A stretch of DNA of 64,000 bases. Origin: Malacoraja senta. Taxonomy: Eukaryota. The stretch covers positions 558,001 through 622,000 of the forward strand of contig JAXLNO010000146.1 of the NCBI GenBank assembly GCA_038087875.1, given 5' to 3'. Under the pieces are notes generated by a model. That model was given only the letters and a program-made list of their open reading frames with translations, did no database searches and was not told the DNA's origin. This document shows, piece after piece, positions 35,651-48,945 of the stretch (the stretch's first letter is position 1; every line of letters begins with the position of its first letter). Made by a program: the position numbers and the translations under genes.

Positions 35651-36312
35651 TCCTATCACCGGGTGACGCCGCGATGGCAGCATCGCCAAAAGTCGTTTCG
35701 TCTTTTTATTGTTATTTTTAGTGTGTATTAAAAGCTTGTGTTAAAGTTCTCTGGTTTGTTTTATGTGGGGAGTGGGGGAGAGGGTCGGAGGAAACGTTCT
35801 TTCAGTCTATTTACCTTGCCGGTGATGCGATTGTTTTCCGGGTCGTAACTCCGGTCGTTCTGCGGCCTAACATCGTGGAGCGTTAAATTACCATCGGAGC
35901 CGATTCTTTGGCTGGGATCGACGCTCCAACCGCGGCCTGCGGACTTTAACATCAAGGAGCTGTATCTCAGCTCCGCGGCGGCTTGGGCTCGCCGTTTTGG
36001 TGCTCATCAAATCGTCGCTGTAGTCCGCGTTGGAGAGCCGGGTGGTCGAGCTCCCCGATATACCGCGATTTCCGCGGAATTCCCGGCAGCGGTAATCACG
36101 CGACTGATCACCGGTCGACCGCACGGTCGAGGGGCAGCCGAGTCTTCCTCTGTCTCCGAACATCGTGCTGCATCCGCCGAGCTTCCCGCCGAAGCCCCGT
36201 GCTGAAAACGTAATTTTGCAATCAACAGGACGAATCTGCCGCCTGCATTCAGAACTCTGAAACTCCAGCCCGGTCAGAACGTGTGGATCCATCCCCATAG
36301 AAGATTTCCGAA

Positions 36313-36945
36313 GCAATAGACAATAGACGATAGATGAAGGTCGGCCATTCGGCCCTTCGAGCCAGCACCGCCATTCAATGTTATCCACAATCAGTACCCC
36401 GTTCCTGCCTTCTCCCCATATCCCCCGACTCCGCTATCTTTAAGAGCTCAATCTAACACTCTCTGGAAGGAATCCAGAGAACAGGCCTCCACCGCCTTCT
36501 GAGGCAGAAAATTCCACACACTCACAACACTGTGAAAACGTGTTTTCCTCATCTCCGTTCTGAATGGCTTGCCACTTATTTTTAAACGATGGCCCTGGTT
36601 CTGGACTCCCCCAACATTGGGGAAATGTTTCCTGTCTCTAGCGTGTCCAAACCGTTAATAATCTTATTTGTTTCAATAAGATACCCTCTCATCCTTCTAT
36701 ATTCCAGAGTATACAAGCCTATCGCTCCAATCTATCAACATATGACAGTCCCGCCATCTCGGGAATAAATCACGCGAACCTACGCTGCACTCCTTCAATA
36801 ACAATAACGACCTTCCTCAAATTAGGAGACCAAAACTGCACAAAACACTCCAGATGTGGTCCCACTAGTGCACTGTACAACACCAGGAGAATATCTTTGC
36901 TCCTATGCTGAACTCGTCTTTTTATGAAGGCCAACATAGCCTTCA
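36313..36945 (-). mobile_element. CR1 3' fragment with (CAATAGA)n tail
   Basis: Similar to the other CR1 3' ends in the window. Confidence 0.85.
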
Positions 36946-36949
36946 TAGC

Positions 36950-38595
36950 GGAAATAGCAGGGGACCGATGGTCAAATGAGATGGGGGAACTGAGTGAAAT
37001 CCAGGTTAGTCGGGAAGTGGTGTTAGGTAAATTGAATGGATTAAAGGCCGATAAACCCCCAGGGTGCTTAAGGAAGTAGCCCCAGAAATAGTGGATGCAT
37101 TAGTGATAATTTTTCAAAACTCTTTAGATTCTGGAGTAGTTCCTGAGGATTGGAGGGTAGCTAATGTAACCCCACTTTTTAAATAGGGAGGGAGAGAGAA
37201 AACGGGGAATTACAGACCAGTTAATCTAACATCGGTAGTGGGGAAAATGGTAAAGTCAGTTATTAAAGATGGGATAGCAGCACATTTGGAAAGTAGTGAA
37301 ATCATTGGACAAAGTCAGCATGGATTTATGAAAGGTAAATCATGTCTGACGAATCTTATAGAATTTTTTGAGGATGTAACTAGTAGAGTGGATAAGGGAG
37401 AACCAGTGGATGTGTTATATCTGGACTTAAAGAAGGTTTTCGACAAGGTCACACATAAGAGATTAGTATGTAAACTTAATGCACACGGTATTGGGGGTTC
37501 AGAATTGATGTGGATAGAGAACTGGCTGGCAGACAGGAAGCAAAGTGTAGGAGTAAACGGGTCCTTTTCAGAATGGCAGGCGGTGACTAGTGGGGTACCG
37601 CAAGGCTCAGTGCTGGGACCCCAGCTATTTATAATATATATTAATGATTTGGACGAGGGAATTGAATGCAACATCTCCAAGTTTGCGGATAACACGAAGC
37701 TGGGGGGCAGTGTTAGCTGTGAGGATGATGCTAGGAGGCTGCAAGGTGACTTGGATAGGTTGGGTTAGTGGGCAAATGCATGGCAGATGCAGTATAATGT
37801 GGATAAATGTGAGGTGTGAGGTGGCAAGAACAGGAAAGTAGACTATTATCTGAATGGTGGCCGATTTGGAAAAGGGGGGATGCTACGAGACCTGGGTGTC
37901 ATGGTACACCTGTCATTGAAAGTAGGCATGCAGGTGCAGCAGGCAGTGAAGAAAGCGAATGGTATGTTAGCATTCATAGCAAAGGAATTTGAGTATAGGA
38001 GCAGGGAGGTTCTCCTGCAGTTGTACAGGGCCTTGGAGTACCTGCAGTATTCTGTACAGTTTTGGTCTCCTAATCAGAGGAAAGACATTCTTGCCATAGA
38101 GAAGGTTCACCAGATTGATTCCTGGGATGGCAGGGTTTTTATATGAAGAAAGACTGGATAGACTCGGCTTGTACTCGCTAGAATTTAGAAGATTGAGGGG
38201 GGGTCTTATAGAAACTTACAAAATTCTTAAGGGGGTTGACAGGCTAGATGCAGGAAGATTGTTCCGGATGTTGGGGAAGTCCAGAACAAGGGGTCACAGT
38301 TTAAGGATAAGGGGGAATTATTTTAGGACCGAGATGAGAAAAAAAATTCACACAGAGAGTGGTGAATCTGTGGAATTCTCTGCCACAGAAGGTAGTTGAG
38401 GCCAGTTAATTGGCTATATTTAAGAGGGAGATAGATGTGGCCCTTGTGGCTAAAGGGATCCGGGGGCATGGAGAAAAGGCAGGTACAGGATACTGAGTTG
38501 GATGATCTGCCATGATCATATTGAATGGCGGTGCAGGCTCGAAGGGCTGAATGGCCTACCCCTGCACCTATTTTCTATGTTTCTATGTTTCTATG
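36950..38595 (+). mobile_element. 5'-truncated CR1 LINE (RT to 3' tail)
   Basis: ORFs 37238-37768, 37880-38146, 38115-38399; (TTTCTATG)n tail. Confidence 0.95.
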
Positions 38596-38599
38596 TAAC

Positions 38600-41500
38600 A
38601 TGCCATTATCCACATTAAACTGCATCTGTCATGCATCTGCCCACTCATCCCACATGTCCAAGTCACCCTGCATCCTCATAGCATCCTACTCCCAGTTCAC
38701 ACTGCCACCCAGCTTTGTATCATCTGCAAATTTGCTAATGTTACTTTAAAACCTTCATCTAAATCTTTAATATAAATTGTAAATAGCTGCGGTCCCAGAA
38801 CCGAGTCTTGCGGTACCCACTAGTCATTGCCTGCCCTTCTGAAAAGGGCCCGTTAAATCCTACCCTTTGTTTCCTGTCTGCCGAACAATTTTCTATCCAT
38901 GTCAGCACTCTACCCCCAATACCATGTGCTCGAATTTTGCCCACTAATCTACTATGTGGGAACTCATCAAATGATTTTTGAAAGTCCAGGCACACTATAC
39001 CATAGGCTCTCCCTTGTCCATTATCTTGGTTACATCCTCAAAAAATTCCAGAAGATTAGTCAAGCATGATTTCCCCTTCGTAAATCCATGCTGACTCGGG
39101 CCGATCTTGTTACTGCTATCCAAATGTTCGGCTATCTCATCTTTTATAATTGACTCCAGCATCTTCCCCACCACCGATGTCAGGCTAACTGGTCTAGGAT
39201 TCCCTGTTTCCTCTCTGCCACATTTCATAATAATTAGGATAACGTTAGCTATCCTCCAATCCACAGGAACTGATCCTGAATCTATAGAACATTGGAAAAT
39301 GATCAATGCGTCCACGATTTCTGGAGCCACTTCCTTAAGTATCCATCAGGCCCTGGTGACTTATAAGCCCTCAGTCCCATCAGTCTACCCAACACCATTT
39401 CCTGCCTAATGTGAATCTCCTTCAGTACTTCCGTCACCCCAGATTCTCTGGCCACTAGTACATCAGGTAGGTTGTTTGTGTCCTCCTTAGTGAAGACGGA
39501 TCCAAAGTACTTGTCCAACTCGTCTGCCATTTCCTTGTTCCCCATAATAAATTCACAATTTTCTGTCTTCAAGGGTCCAACTTTGGTCTTAACTTATTTT
39601 TCCTTTTCACATACCTTAAGAAGCTTTTACTATCCTCCTTTATATTCTTGGATAGCTTACCTTCGTAACTCATCTTTTCTCCCCGTATTGCCTTTTAAAT
39701 TATCTTCTGTTGCTCTTTAAACATTGCCAAATACTCTTGCTTCCCGCTCATCTTTGCTGCGTTGTACTTCTTCTCTTTTATTTGTATACTGTCCTTAACG
39801 TCCCTTGTCAGCCACGGTCACCCCTTACTCCCCTTGGAATCTTTCTTCTTCTTTGGACTGAACCGATCCTGCACCGTCTGTATTATTCCCAGAAATACCT
39901 GCCATTGTTGTTCCACTGTCATCCCTGCTAGGGTAGCTTTCTAGTCAACTTGGCCAGCTCCTCCCTCTATAGTCGCCTTTAGTCAATTGTAACACTGACA
40001 CCTCCGATCTACCCTTCTCCCTCTCCAATTGTAGATTAAACTTGACCATATTATGGTCACTACCTCCTAATGGCTCCTTAACCTCAAGTTCCTTTGTCAA
40101 ATCCGGTTCTTACATAACACAAAATCCAGAATTGCCTTCTCCTTTGTCGGCTCCAATACAAGATGCTGTATGAATACATCACGGAGGCACTCCACAAACT
40201 CCCTTTCTTGGGGTCCAGTATCAACCTGATTTTCCCAGTCTACTTGCATGATGAAATCTCCCATAACAACCACAGCATTACCTTTACTACATGCCAATTT
40301 TAACTTGATTCAACTTGTACCCTATATCCCGGCTGCTGTCTGGGGGACTGTAGATAACTCCCATTCGGATATTTTACTCTTGCAATTCCTTAGTTCTATC
40401 CATACTGACTGCACATCTCCTGTTTCAATGTCACCCCTTTCAAGGGACTGAATTTCATTCCTCACCAACAGAGCTACCCACCCCCTCTGCACACCTGTCT
40501 GTCTTTTCGATAGGAAGTATAACCTTGAATGTTCAGTTACCAGCCCTGGTCCTCTTACAGCCATGTCTCTCTAATTCCCACAACATCATACTTGCCAATT
40601 TATAACTGAGCCTCAAGCTCATCCACTTTATTTCTTATACTTCGCGCATTCATATACAACACTTTGTCTTCGGTATTCACCCCCCTCTCGCACCGCTCGC
40701 AATTGGCCCTGACCTTACTCTCTTCTCAAACTTTCCTTGCCATTAATTCGAGAGTCTTTTGTAACGTATCCTGTACTCACTTCCCCTTCAACTCCATACT
40801 CCCAATTTGTCAATCCCTCTCCCCACACGTGTAGTACTAGCAAACCTGCCTACCAGAATGTCGGTCGCCCTGCAGTTAAGTGGTAACCCGTCACTCTTGT
40901 ACAGGTCATCCCTACCACAGAAGAGATCCCAGTGGTCTATAAATCTAAATCCTTGCTCCCTTCACCAGTCCCTCACCACACATACAGATCCCCTGTCCTC
41001 ATTAGCACGAGGTACTGGAAGCAACCAGAGATAACCACCCTAAAGTCCTGCTTTTCAGTCTTCTTCCTAACTCTCTGAACTCGCGTTGCAGAACCTCCTT
41101 CCTCTTCTTCCCGATGTCCTTTGTGCCTACTTGCAGAACTACTGCTGGCTGTTCACTTTCTCTCTCTCTCGAATGCTCTGAATTTAGCTCGTGACATCTT
41201 GAACCCTGGCACCAGGCCGGCAACAGACCATCCTTGCGTCTCGTCTGCCCCACAGAAACGCCTGTCCGCTACTCGGACAATGGAATCACCCACCACTATG
41301 GTCTCTGCCCGACGGCGGTCTCGCCGGTCGAGTCCCATTTCTAGGATTGGAGCCACCGACGTGTTCGCCGCTCGGACTGGAAGCGTCGTTTCCTCCGCCA
41401 GTTCTCAAGAGGGCGTACCTGTTTTCAGAAGGCACAGCCAGCTGGGTATCCTGCACTCCACGGTTGCCACCCATTCTCTCAGTCGCACACCTTAATTCTT

Positions 41501-41750
41501 CTCGTATTCTTGGCGTAGGTCCTGTCCAGGAAACGCTAGTTTTTCCGAATGAGCCTGAGGTCATCCAGCTGCTTCTCCAGTGCCCAAACACGGTCCTTTA
41601 TGCGCTGAACCTGGACGCATTTGCCACATTTGTAGCAGCCAGAGGCTCAATCCGTGTCCCTGGGCTCCCACATCCTGCAAGCATCATACTGTCTCATCTT
41701 ACCCGTCATGTGTTCACCGCGTCCCTTCCTCTCCAGCTTTTTGCGAAGTC
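38600..41750 (-). mobile_element. CR1 LINE with ORF1 (Cys-rich N-terminus, GDSL-like esterase) and ORF2 endonuclease/RT, decayed and 3'-truncated
   Basis: IVVGDSIVR and VVLQVGTKDI (esterase), VVMGDF..DW (APE), [21 protein letters not shown]. Confidence 0.9.
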
Positions 41751-42019
41751 TCCTCTCCTCAGCCTCCTCGCCGAAGACTGTCGAGCCAAAGACTCACACA
41801 TCCCCCACAAGGCACTTCCCTCACTGCCGCTCCCTCACTGCCGCTCCCATGGAGAAGCCTTGCTTATATTGGCTGATAAAGTGCCTAATTTGCCAATTCA
41901 CAAATCAAATTAAACTGTTTTTCCCCTCTGACTCACCTCTGACTCACCTTTCCCACGCGTTTCAGCCAATAATTTATTCTCCCTGCTTCTCTTTGATTGC
42001 TGCTTCTCCGAGATCCACG

Positions 42020-42900
42020 TAACCTCGGTAGGCGGCGCGACTCTCGTCAGCAGCGGCCTCTGCAGTCCGTCTGTCTTTTTATTATTTTTGTCTCGTTTTT
42101 ATGTAGTTTTTATTAATTGTTTTTGTCGGGGTATGTGTGTGGGGGGGTGGGGGTGGGGGGCTTTAAAATCTTTCCCCTGCACGGGAGACCCGACCTTTTC
42201 TTTGTCGGGTCTCCGTTGTCGTTGGGGCTGGGCAACGTGGAGCGGCCTCCAGCAGGAACGACCTGGGGCTCCAGTTGCGGAGCTGCGGACTACTCACCGT
42301 CACGGGGCTGGCCGAGTCCGGAGCGGGTGGAGCTGTGGTGGAGACAATCGCTGCTGCTACCCGACCCCCGGAGATTCGGAGGCTACAACCGCGGGTCTGG
42401 CGGACGGCAACACTGGAAGCCCGCGGGTCCCTGGGGAGAGGCCGCTTTTCGGGGCTTCCGCAGCGGCGACTTCTCCCGCCCGACTTGCGGGGTTGAAGAG
42501 CACCTGGAGCGGGGCTTTACATCGTCGCCCCGCGCGGCTTGGAGTGGCCGCGGTGTTTTGCGAGCGCGCGCGGGGCTCTAACACCAAGACCCGGTGCGCG
42601 ACCTTGCATTAACCGGCGTGGCTTTAATGGCCGCGGGATAATCACCATCGCCCGCCGGGGGCTTTGACTTTGACTCTGACATCGGGGGGGGGGGGGGAGT
42701 GCAGTGGAGAGATACGTTTTTTTGCCTTCCATCACAGCGCTGTGATGGATGGATGTGTAAATTGTGTTGTGTCTCGGGTCTTCTTCGTTTTGTAATGTAT
42801 GGCTGCAGAAACGATATTTCGTTTGGACCTCAAGGGGTCCAAATGACAAATTTGTCCAAATGACAAATAAATAATAATTGAATTGAAAATTGAATTGAAC
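42020..42900 (+). mobile_element. GC-rich non-autonomous retroposon-like repeat with (ATTGA)n-type tail (family unassigned)
   Basis: Similar head architecture at 35655-36300; LINE-like simple-repeat tail near 42880. Confidence 0.45.
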
Positions 42901-43479
42901 CACTGAGCCTGTGACATTTTGCCGATAATCGCCAGTGAAGGAGCTCCGACCGCGGGGCCTGTGCACTTTAACACCGTGAAGCAACGATCTCCGGTAAGAA
43001 GAGGACGACTCGGGTGATCCATGCCGCAGAGTGTTCCGATCCTTCCCGATGCCGGAGTTACGATCATCCCAACGTGAGGGCTTGCCAGCGGACCGTCGAC
43101 AGCGGGTCATGCGGTGGGTTCCGACCACGGATGAACAACGGAGGAAGATGACTGAACTTTATTGCTTCCCATCATAGTGAGGAATGTGGATTCCGCTGTG
43201 GTGGATGTCTATGTTAAATGTTATTTTATGTGGCTGAATTGTATATTGTTTTGTTTATGCACTTAGTATGGCTGCATCGTAACTCAAATTTCACTGAACC
43301 TTCATTGGTACATGTGACAATTAAATTGAATCTTGAACCTTGAATCTTGTATATAGGATTGCCTTCTACAGAGTGAGGCCATGCTTTGTTCAAACGTAGG
43401 GCTGAACTAGTGTGCGGAGTGTTCTTTCTCTGTAGCCCTGGTTACTGGGTGTGAATTGAGACAAACAATGCTTTCATTT

Positions 43480-43775
43480 AGTTTGGAGATAAAGCGGGGA
43501 AACTGGCCCATTGGCCCACCGAGTCCGCACCGTCCGCACCGACCAGCGATTCCTGGACTAACGCTAGTCCTCCACATTAGGAACAATTTACACTTGTACA
43601 AAGCCAATTAACCCGCAAACCTGAACGTCCTTGGAATATGGGAGGAAACCGAAGATCTCGGAGAAAACCCAGCGGTCACGGAGAGAACTTACAAACTCCC
43701 TACAGATAGCGCCCGTAGTCGGGTTCGAACCCGGGTCCCTGGCGATGTAAACGCTCTAAGGCAGCAACTCTACCA
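43480..43775 (-). mobile_element. V-SINE/HE1-like SINE
   Basis: Similar to 17520-17830; B-box GGTTCGAACCC. Confidence 0.75.
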
Positions 43776-43983
43776 TTGCCCCGCTTTAAGTTATTCACCA
43801 AGGGTTGGCCACTGTATCCATAGAAGCGATGATTGTGGAGAAAGTTGGAGCCCACAATGGTCCATTGTTGGCTTGCAGAAGTTGACAACGAGTGGATACA
43901 AATCGTGAAGGTCAATAGGACAACCGTGAAACTAGTTTGACGGCTTGGGTGGGGTAGGGGTGGAGAGAGATGGGATGCAAGTG

Positions 43984-44180
43984 TTACTTGAAGTTAGAGA
44001 ACTGAGTATTCATACCACTGGGTTGTAAGCTTCCCAAGCAAAATATAAGGTGCTGTTCCCCTAATTTGCAGTTGACCTTTCTCTGACAGTGGAATAAGCC
44101 CATGATAGACAGGTCAGTATGGAAATGGGAGACGGGGTTAAAGTGTTTGGCAACGGGAGATCGAGTAGGCCAAGGCGATT
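43984..44180 (-). mobile_element. Penelope-like element endonuclease C-terminal fragment
   Basis: PVAKHFN...EQHLIFCLGSLQPSGMN. Confidence 0.8.
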
Positions 44181-45954
44181 GAGTATAAATGTTCGGCATG
44201 TCTGTACAGGAATGCGGTAGGTGACTGAACCAACCGCAAGCGCATCCATCATTAAAGTCACTATTAAACACGACAAACGACTTGGTTTGGATTGTGAGTG
44301 AATATTGGGACGGGAACTATTTTACCCTCATTATCCAGTCTTACACCATCAACACCCATCAAGATGTTGCGAAGATCGACCAGAATCCACCAAAGCATCT
44401 TCAGGTATCTAAGCCAATTTAGTCTCTCCTCCTGATCCATCACATACGCCGTTGAATAATCCGTACATACTGTAATTTGCAGTCATGTACTTTCTATGGT
44501 TTGATAACCAGAACTATGCACTCAACGCCAGCTGTTTTATGAATGTGTTGGAAGGAACTGCGGATGCTGGTATACACCGAAGATAGATACAAAATGTTGG
44601 GGTAACTCAGCAGAACAGGCAGCATCTCTGGATAGACGAATGGGTTAAGTTTCTGGTCGAGACCCTTCTTCAAACTCAGTCTTTTATGATGTTGCACTAT
44701 ACCATCAGTGAATCATGTTCCATGCTGCAGCCACTGTTGGCAAGTATCTCATAGATTCATATACCGTGGAAACAGGTCTTCCTGCCCAACCTGGCCACAC
44801 CAACCAAATGTCCTATCTGCGCTAGTCCCACCTGCCTGCATTTGGCCCATATCCCTATCAACTTGTCCTATCCACGTGCCTGTCATAATGTATTTAAACA
44901 TTGTGATAACACCTTCCTCAACGACCTCCTCCGGCAACTCTTTTCATACACCCACCCCTGTTTGTCTACAAAAAGCTACTCCTTAGGTCCTATTAAATCA
45001 AACCCTCCCCTTGATCTTAAACCTATGTCCTCTGGTATTTGGTTCTCTGTGCGTTGACCTGATCTATTCCTCTCATGATCTTGTACACCTCAGTAAGACC
45101 ATCCTCATCATCCTGCGCTCCAAGACTGACATGCCACCTTCACCACCTTGTGGTTGCTACTTCCACGTTCCATGGATTTATACGCCAATACTTCCCTGCA
45201 TTACCCCATAAGGCATCATAAATGACTGTGTATGTCGCTTCCTTATTAGTTCTCACAAAGTACATCACCAGGTTCATATCAGGATTAAATTCCAATTATC
45301 ATTGTTCAACCTATTCCCCCTCTGTTGATAAATACCTTAGAACATTGAAATTTCGTACAATTGCACTTTATTGTCACATGTTCCTCGGGTCTGTGAAATT
45401 CCCTTTTTGCTTGGAGTTCAGTAACAATCCCACTACACATTGGCACGATAATACATAAGTAAAATGGATAAGCAATAGTAGATTATACTGAGGTAATAGA
45501 CAAGTGTCCCCAGGTCACCAACACCACTGTTCCCTTGAAGTTCAGAAATGGAAGAAATGTCTGAGAGTTAACATGGTCCATTGTCCTGGTGGTGGCACTG
45601 CGTCTGAGTTGTAGGGGTTGGCCTGGTCTGGTAATGCTGTTTATGTCGTTCCGCTACATTCCGCTCCGTGCCGCTGCAGACCCCGTCTGCGTACTTAGCA
45701 ACTTTGAGCGATGTCCAAACGAGCCCCAGGTAGCTGCGGGGCCTCAGGTTGCCCACTCTACTGACACCTTAATCTAGACCCAGCGATCCGTAAAATCGCT
45801 ATTCCCTCGCTTCACACGGCGTTTGCTGAGGCTCCCTAACCCCGGCGCCTCGTACACCTCGAAAAACCAGAGCTACTCCAAGCGTATGGAATGAGCTGAC
45901 AGCTTCTTCAGCCGCACAGGAACAGCACAGAAACCAGCCCCATTTCTGGAGAAA

Positions 45955-46360
45955 ACAGAGAACATAGAAAAAAGCTGCCGGAGTAGACCATTCAGCCCTT
46001 CGAGCTACCACTGCCATTCATTATGATCAAGGCTGATCTTCCGAAATCAGTACCATATTCATGCTTTTCTCCCATATCTATTGGTTCTTTTAGCCCTAAG
46101 TGCTAAATCTAACTCTCGCTTGAAAACATCCAATGGATTGACCTCTACTGCCTTCTGTAGCAGAGAATCCCACAGATTCATATCACTCTGGATGAACACG
46201 TTTTTCCTCATCTCAGTCCTAATTCGCCTACCCTTATTCTTAAACTGTGACCCCCTGGTTCTAGACTTCATCAACATCGGGACCATTTTCCCTACTTCTA
46301 GCCGGTTCAATCCCATAAGATTTGCATATAAGATACCCTTTCATCCTTCTGAATTCCAGT
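45955..46360 (-). mobile_element. CR1 3' fragment
   Basis: SRTRG..NLWDSL..FKRELD plus tail. Confidence 0.85.
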
Positions 46361-47695
46361 GAATGGGTGGCGGTTCGGATCGCTGAGGAAGAGTCCCAAA
46401 GTGATATATCACCCATTTTCTTCTGTAAAGTAAGGGTTAAAGAAGAGAATGTGAGCTAAAATCTAGTTGTCAGCTGAAATAGCAACACCGCATTTCCAAA
46501 CCGGCTCATGGAACAAGTCGATATTTTCGAAGAACGCTTGGGCTAAATCAATGGGCCAGTTGATCATGAGGACACCTGTGAGGTCACTAAGATAAGCTTT
46601 GCTTTCCCAGAGACATCCTGGACGAGCTTGGTGTCCGAGAGGCCACATAACTATGGATAGGAGGAATATGGACCAAACGCAGGCAGGTGGGACTAATGTA
46701 GCTGGGACAAGTTGGCCGGTATGAGCAAGTTGGGCCGAAGGGCCTGTTTCCACATTGTATGACTATTTGACTCTACAAACCACGCCATCATGTTACCAAG
46801 GGATATAGCTAGTTTGACATAGTTGTTGTTGACATAGTTTGACATACCTGTTGTTCTGACAGATAAAATTATTGTAAAAATGCATGCTTCCACCATGAGA
46901 GTATAAGCTTCATCTTCAGGGAGAAAAGAGAGGTTCACCAAAGACAAAGAGGGAGAGCCTCCTACGTCTCAAGGCCATGGACACAACCACACATCCGCTC
47001 ACAAGAATGTCTAAATAATACAGCGAGTATTATGTTTGGAAGAACCGAATGTCAGATGTTAATGAGTTCCCCTCTCATGAAAGTAATCTTTGTGGGATTT
47101 CCATAGACGACACAAATGAACAAACGCACACAAAACAGCAAGGAGCAGTACACCGTGGCAGCCGTCCATTTGGACAAATAAATGGATAGGAAAGGTTTAA
47201 GACGATTTGGGCCAAAGAGGCAAATATAACTATATTAGATGGAGTATCTTAGTCTGCATGGACCAGTTGGTAGGAGGGCCTGTTTCCCGCTGTACGACTT
47301 TACGACCCTATCACCGACTAATTGTGTGAACCACCAAAGTGGGAAACTAAGATTAGTGTAGATGGGCTAAGAGAGGGTGGTAGATTTTTGGAGGGAAGTG
47401 CTCTTACCTGTACAATGTGGTACACAGCGAATTTCCATAAAATCGGCTTTAAGTGTCGAAGAGGTCAGGAGGACACATTATTGGTAACAATGCTGATTAC
47501 AAGATTGAACTATCAGCTCCTTATGCCTAAACAAAATGAAGTTAAACGACGTGTTGACCCATACAGTAGAAATGGGATCAAGAATTACAGTAAGACCTTG
47601 ACCAGCTGGTGAAAAGGGAGGATAAGAAAATAGGATGTAATAAAATAACACGAATACAACGTCACTTTGAAAGGAATTGTGGTTTCACTGAGAAA

Positions 47696-48605
47696 TTAAA
47701 AGTGCTTTACTGAATTAGACAAGAACCCGCATGGACCCCTAACCAGGTTTTTTAATTCTTCCCTGAATTTCGTCTGTGACACGGCGTAAATATACGTGTT
47801 GGTGCAAGCACTCAGACACCTCAGCATGTATCCGGACTGTTCTGCCACGGTAAATGGGTCGTCGTAATCTGTTGCTAAAAGTTGCACGTCTATCAATCGT
47901 ACACTGATGAAGCACACGAATATTACCATCCACAGTAGTATGAAGCTGCCGGATACGACCAGCAATAGAATGATGGACTTCCATCTGTTCTCCATCACTT
48001 GACCTGCGCCGCTCTCGTCCTTCTTGTTCGCTCGGAGACCGTCCCTCACTCTGTTGGCGCGTATAATGTGTCCGATTGTCAGGGCGTTGAGGAGCATGAT
48101 CAGTAGGAATGGTGTAAATGGGGTTAAATAATTTCGAACGACCAAAATGCTACCCATAACGGTGAGGTGTAGAAGTCTGGGGTTACGCCACAGGACCAAG
48201 CCACGTTGTCAATGATTTCCCGTGGTGCGTAGACAAAATACATTGGTATATTTTCAATAACACTCAGGGAACACACCACAGCTATCACCAAAGCCGCGGT
48301 TTTACCTGTGCAATATCTTCCTCGTAACTTTTGACAACAAATAGCAACAAATCGATCGAAGGTGAAAGTTACCGTTAGCCAGACAGAGCAATCAATGGAC
48401 ATAAAAATCAGGGGCAAGTTGACGTTACAAACTGGAGTTAGGTTCAGAAATGAATTGGGGAAATAGCCATCTTTAATCTGGTAGAGAATCACCTCGAAGA
48501 TCAGAATCATTAATTCACCCACGGCCATGGATACCAGGTAGCGGGTGATACATTTGGAGAGACCACACTTTCCTCGGGAGAGAATGACGATTGCCACCAC
48601 GGTAG
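47696..48605 (-). pseudogene. GPR139-like class A GPCR, coding exon 2 with one frameshift (~48127); exon 1 not found
   Basis: Acceptor TTTAATACAG|CT; VAIVILSRGKCGLSKCITRYL, TFDRFVAIC, ENRWKSIILL, CTNTYIYA..KFREEL split over ORFs 48124-48600 and 47696-48199. Confidence 0.8.
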
Positions 48606-48659
48606 CTGTATTAAAGACGAAATTAAAATGACTTTACTATCGGTCTTTGGTCTTGCATG

Positions 48660-48945
48660 AAGCTTAGTTTAGAGATACAGCTTGGAAACGGAACGTTCGG
48701 CCCAGCGAGTCCTCGCCGTCCAACGATCACCGGTTCAAAGTAGTTCTATCCGACACTAGAGCCAATTTACAAAAGCCAATTAACCAACAGGCCTGCAGGT
48801 TTTGGGGTTCCGAGAGGAAACCAGAGCACCCGGAGAAAATCCATGCGGTCACAGGGGAAAGTACAAACTCCGTACAGACGGAGCGGTCAGGATGGAACCC
48901 GGGTCTCTTGCGCTGTAAAGCAGCAATCCTACCGCTGCGCCACCT
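48660..48945 (-). mobile_element. V-SINE/HE1-like SINE
   Basis: Similar to 17520-17830. Confidence 0.75.

Noticed and set aside
46463..46640. Possible small minus-strand exon after CCTCACAG
   Set aside because: No recognisable homology or partner exons.
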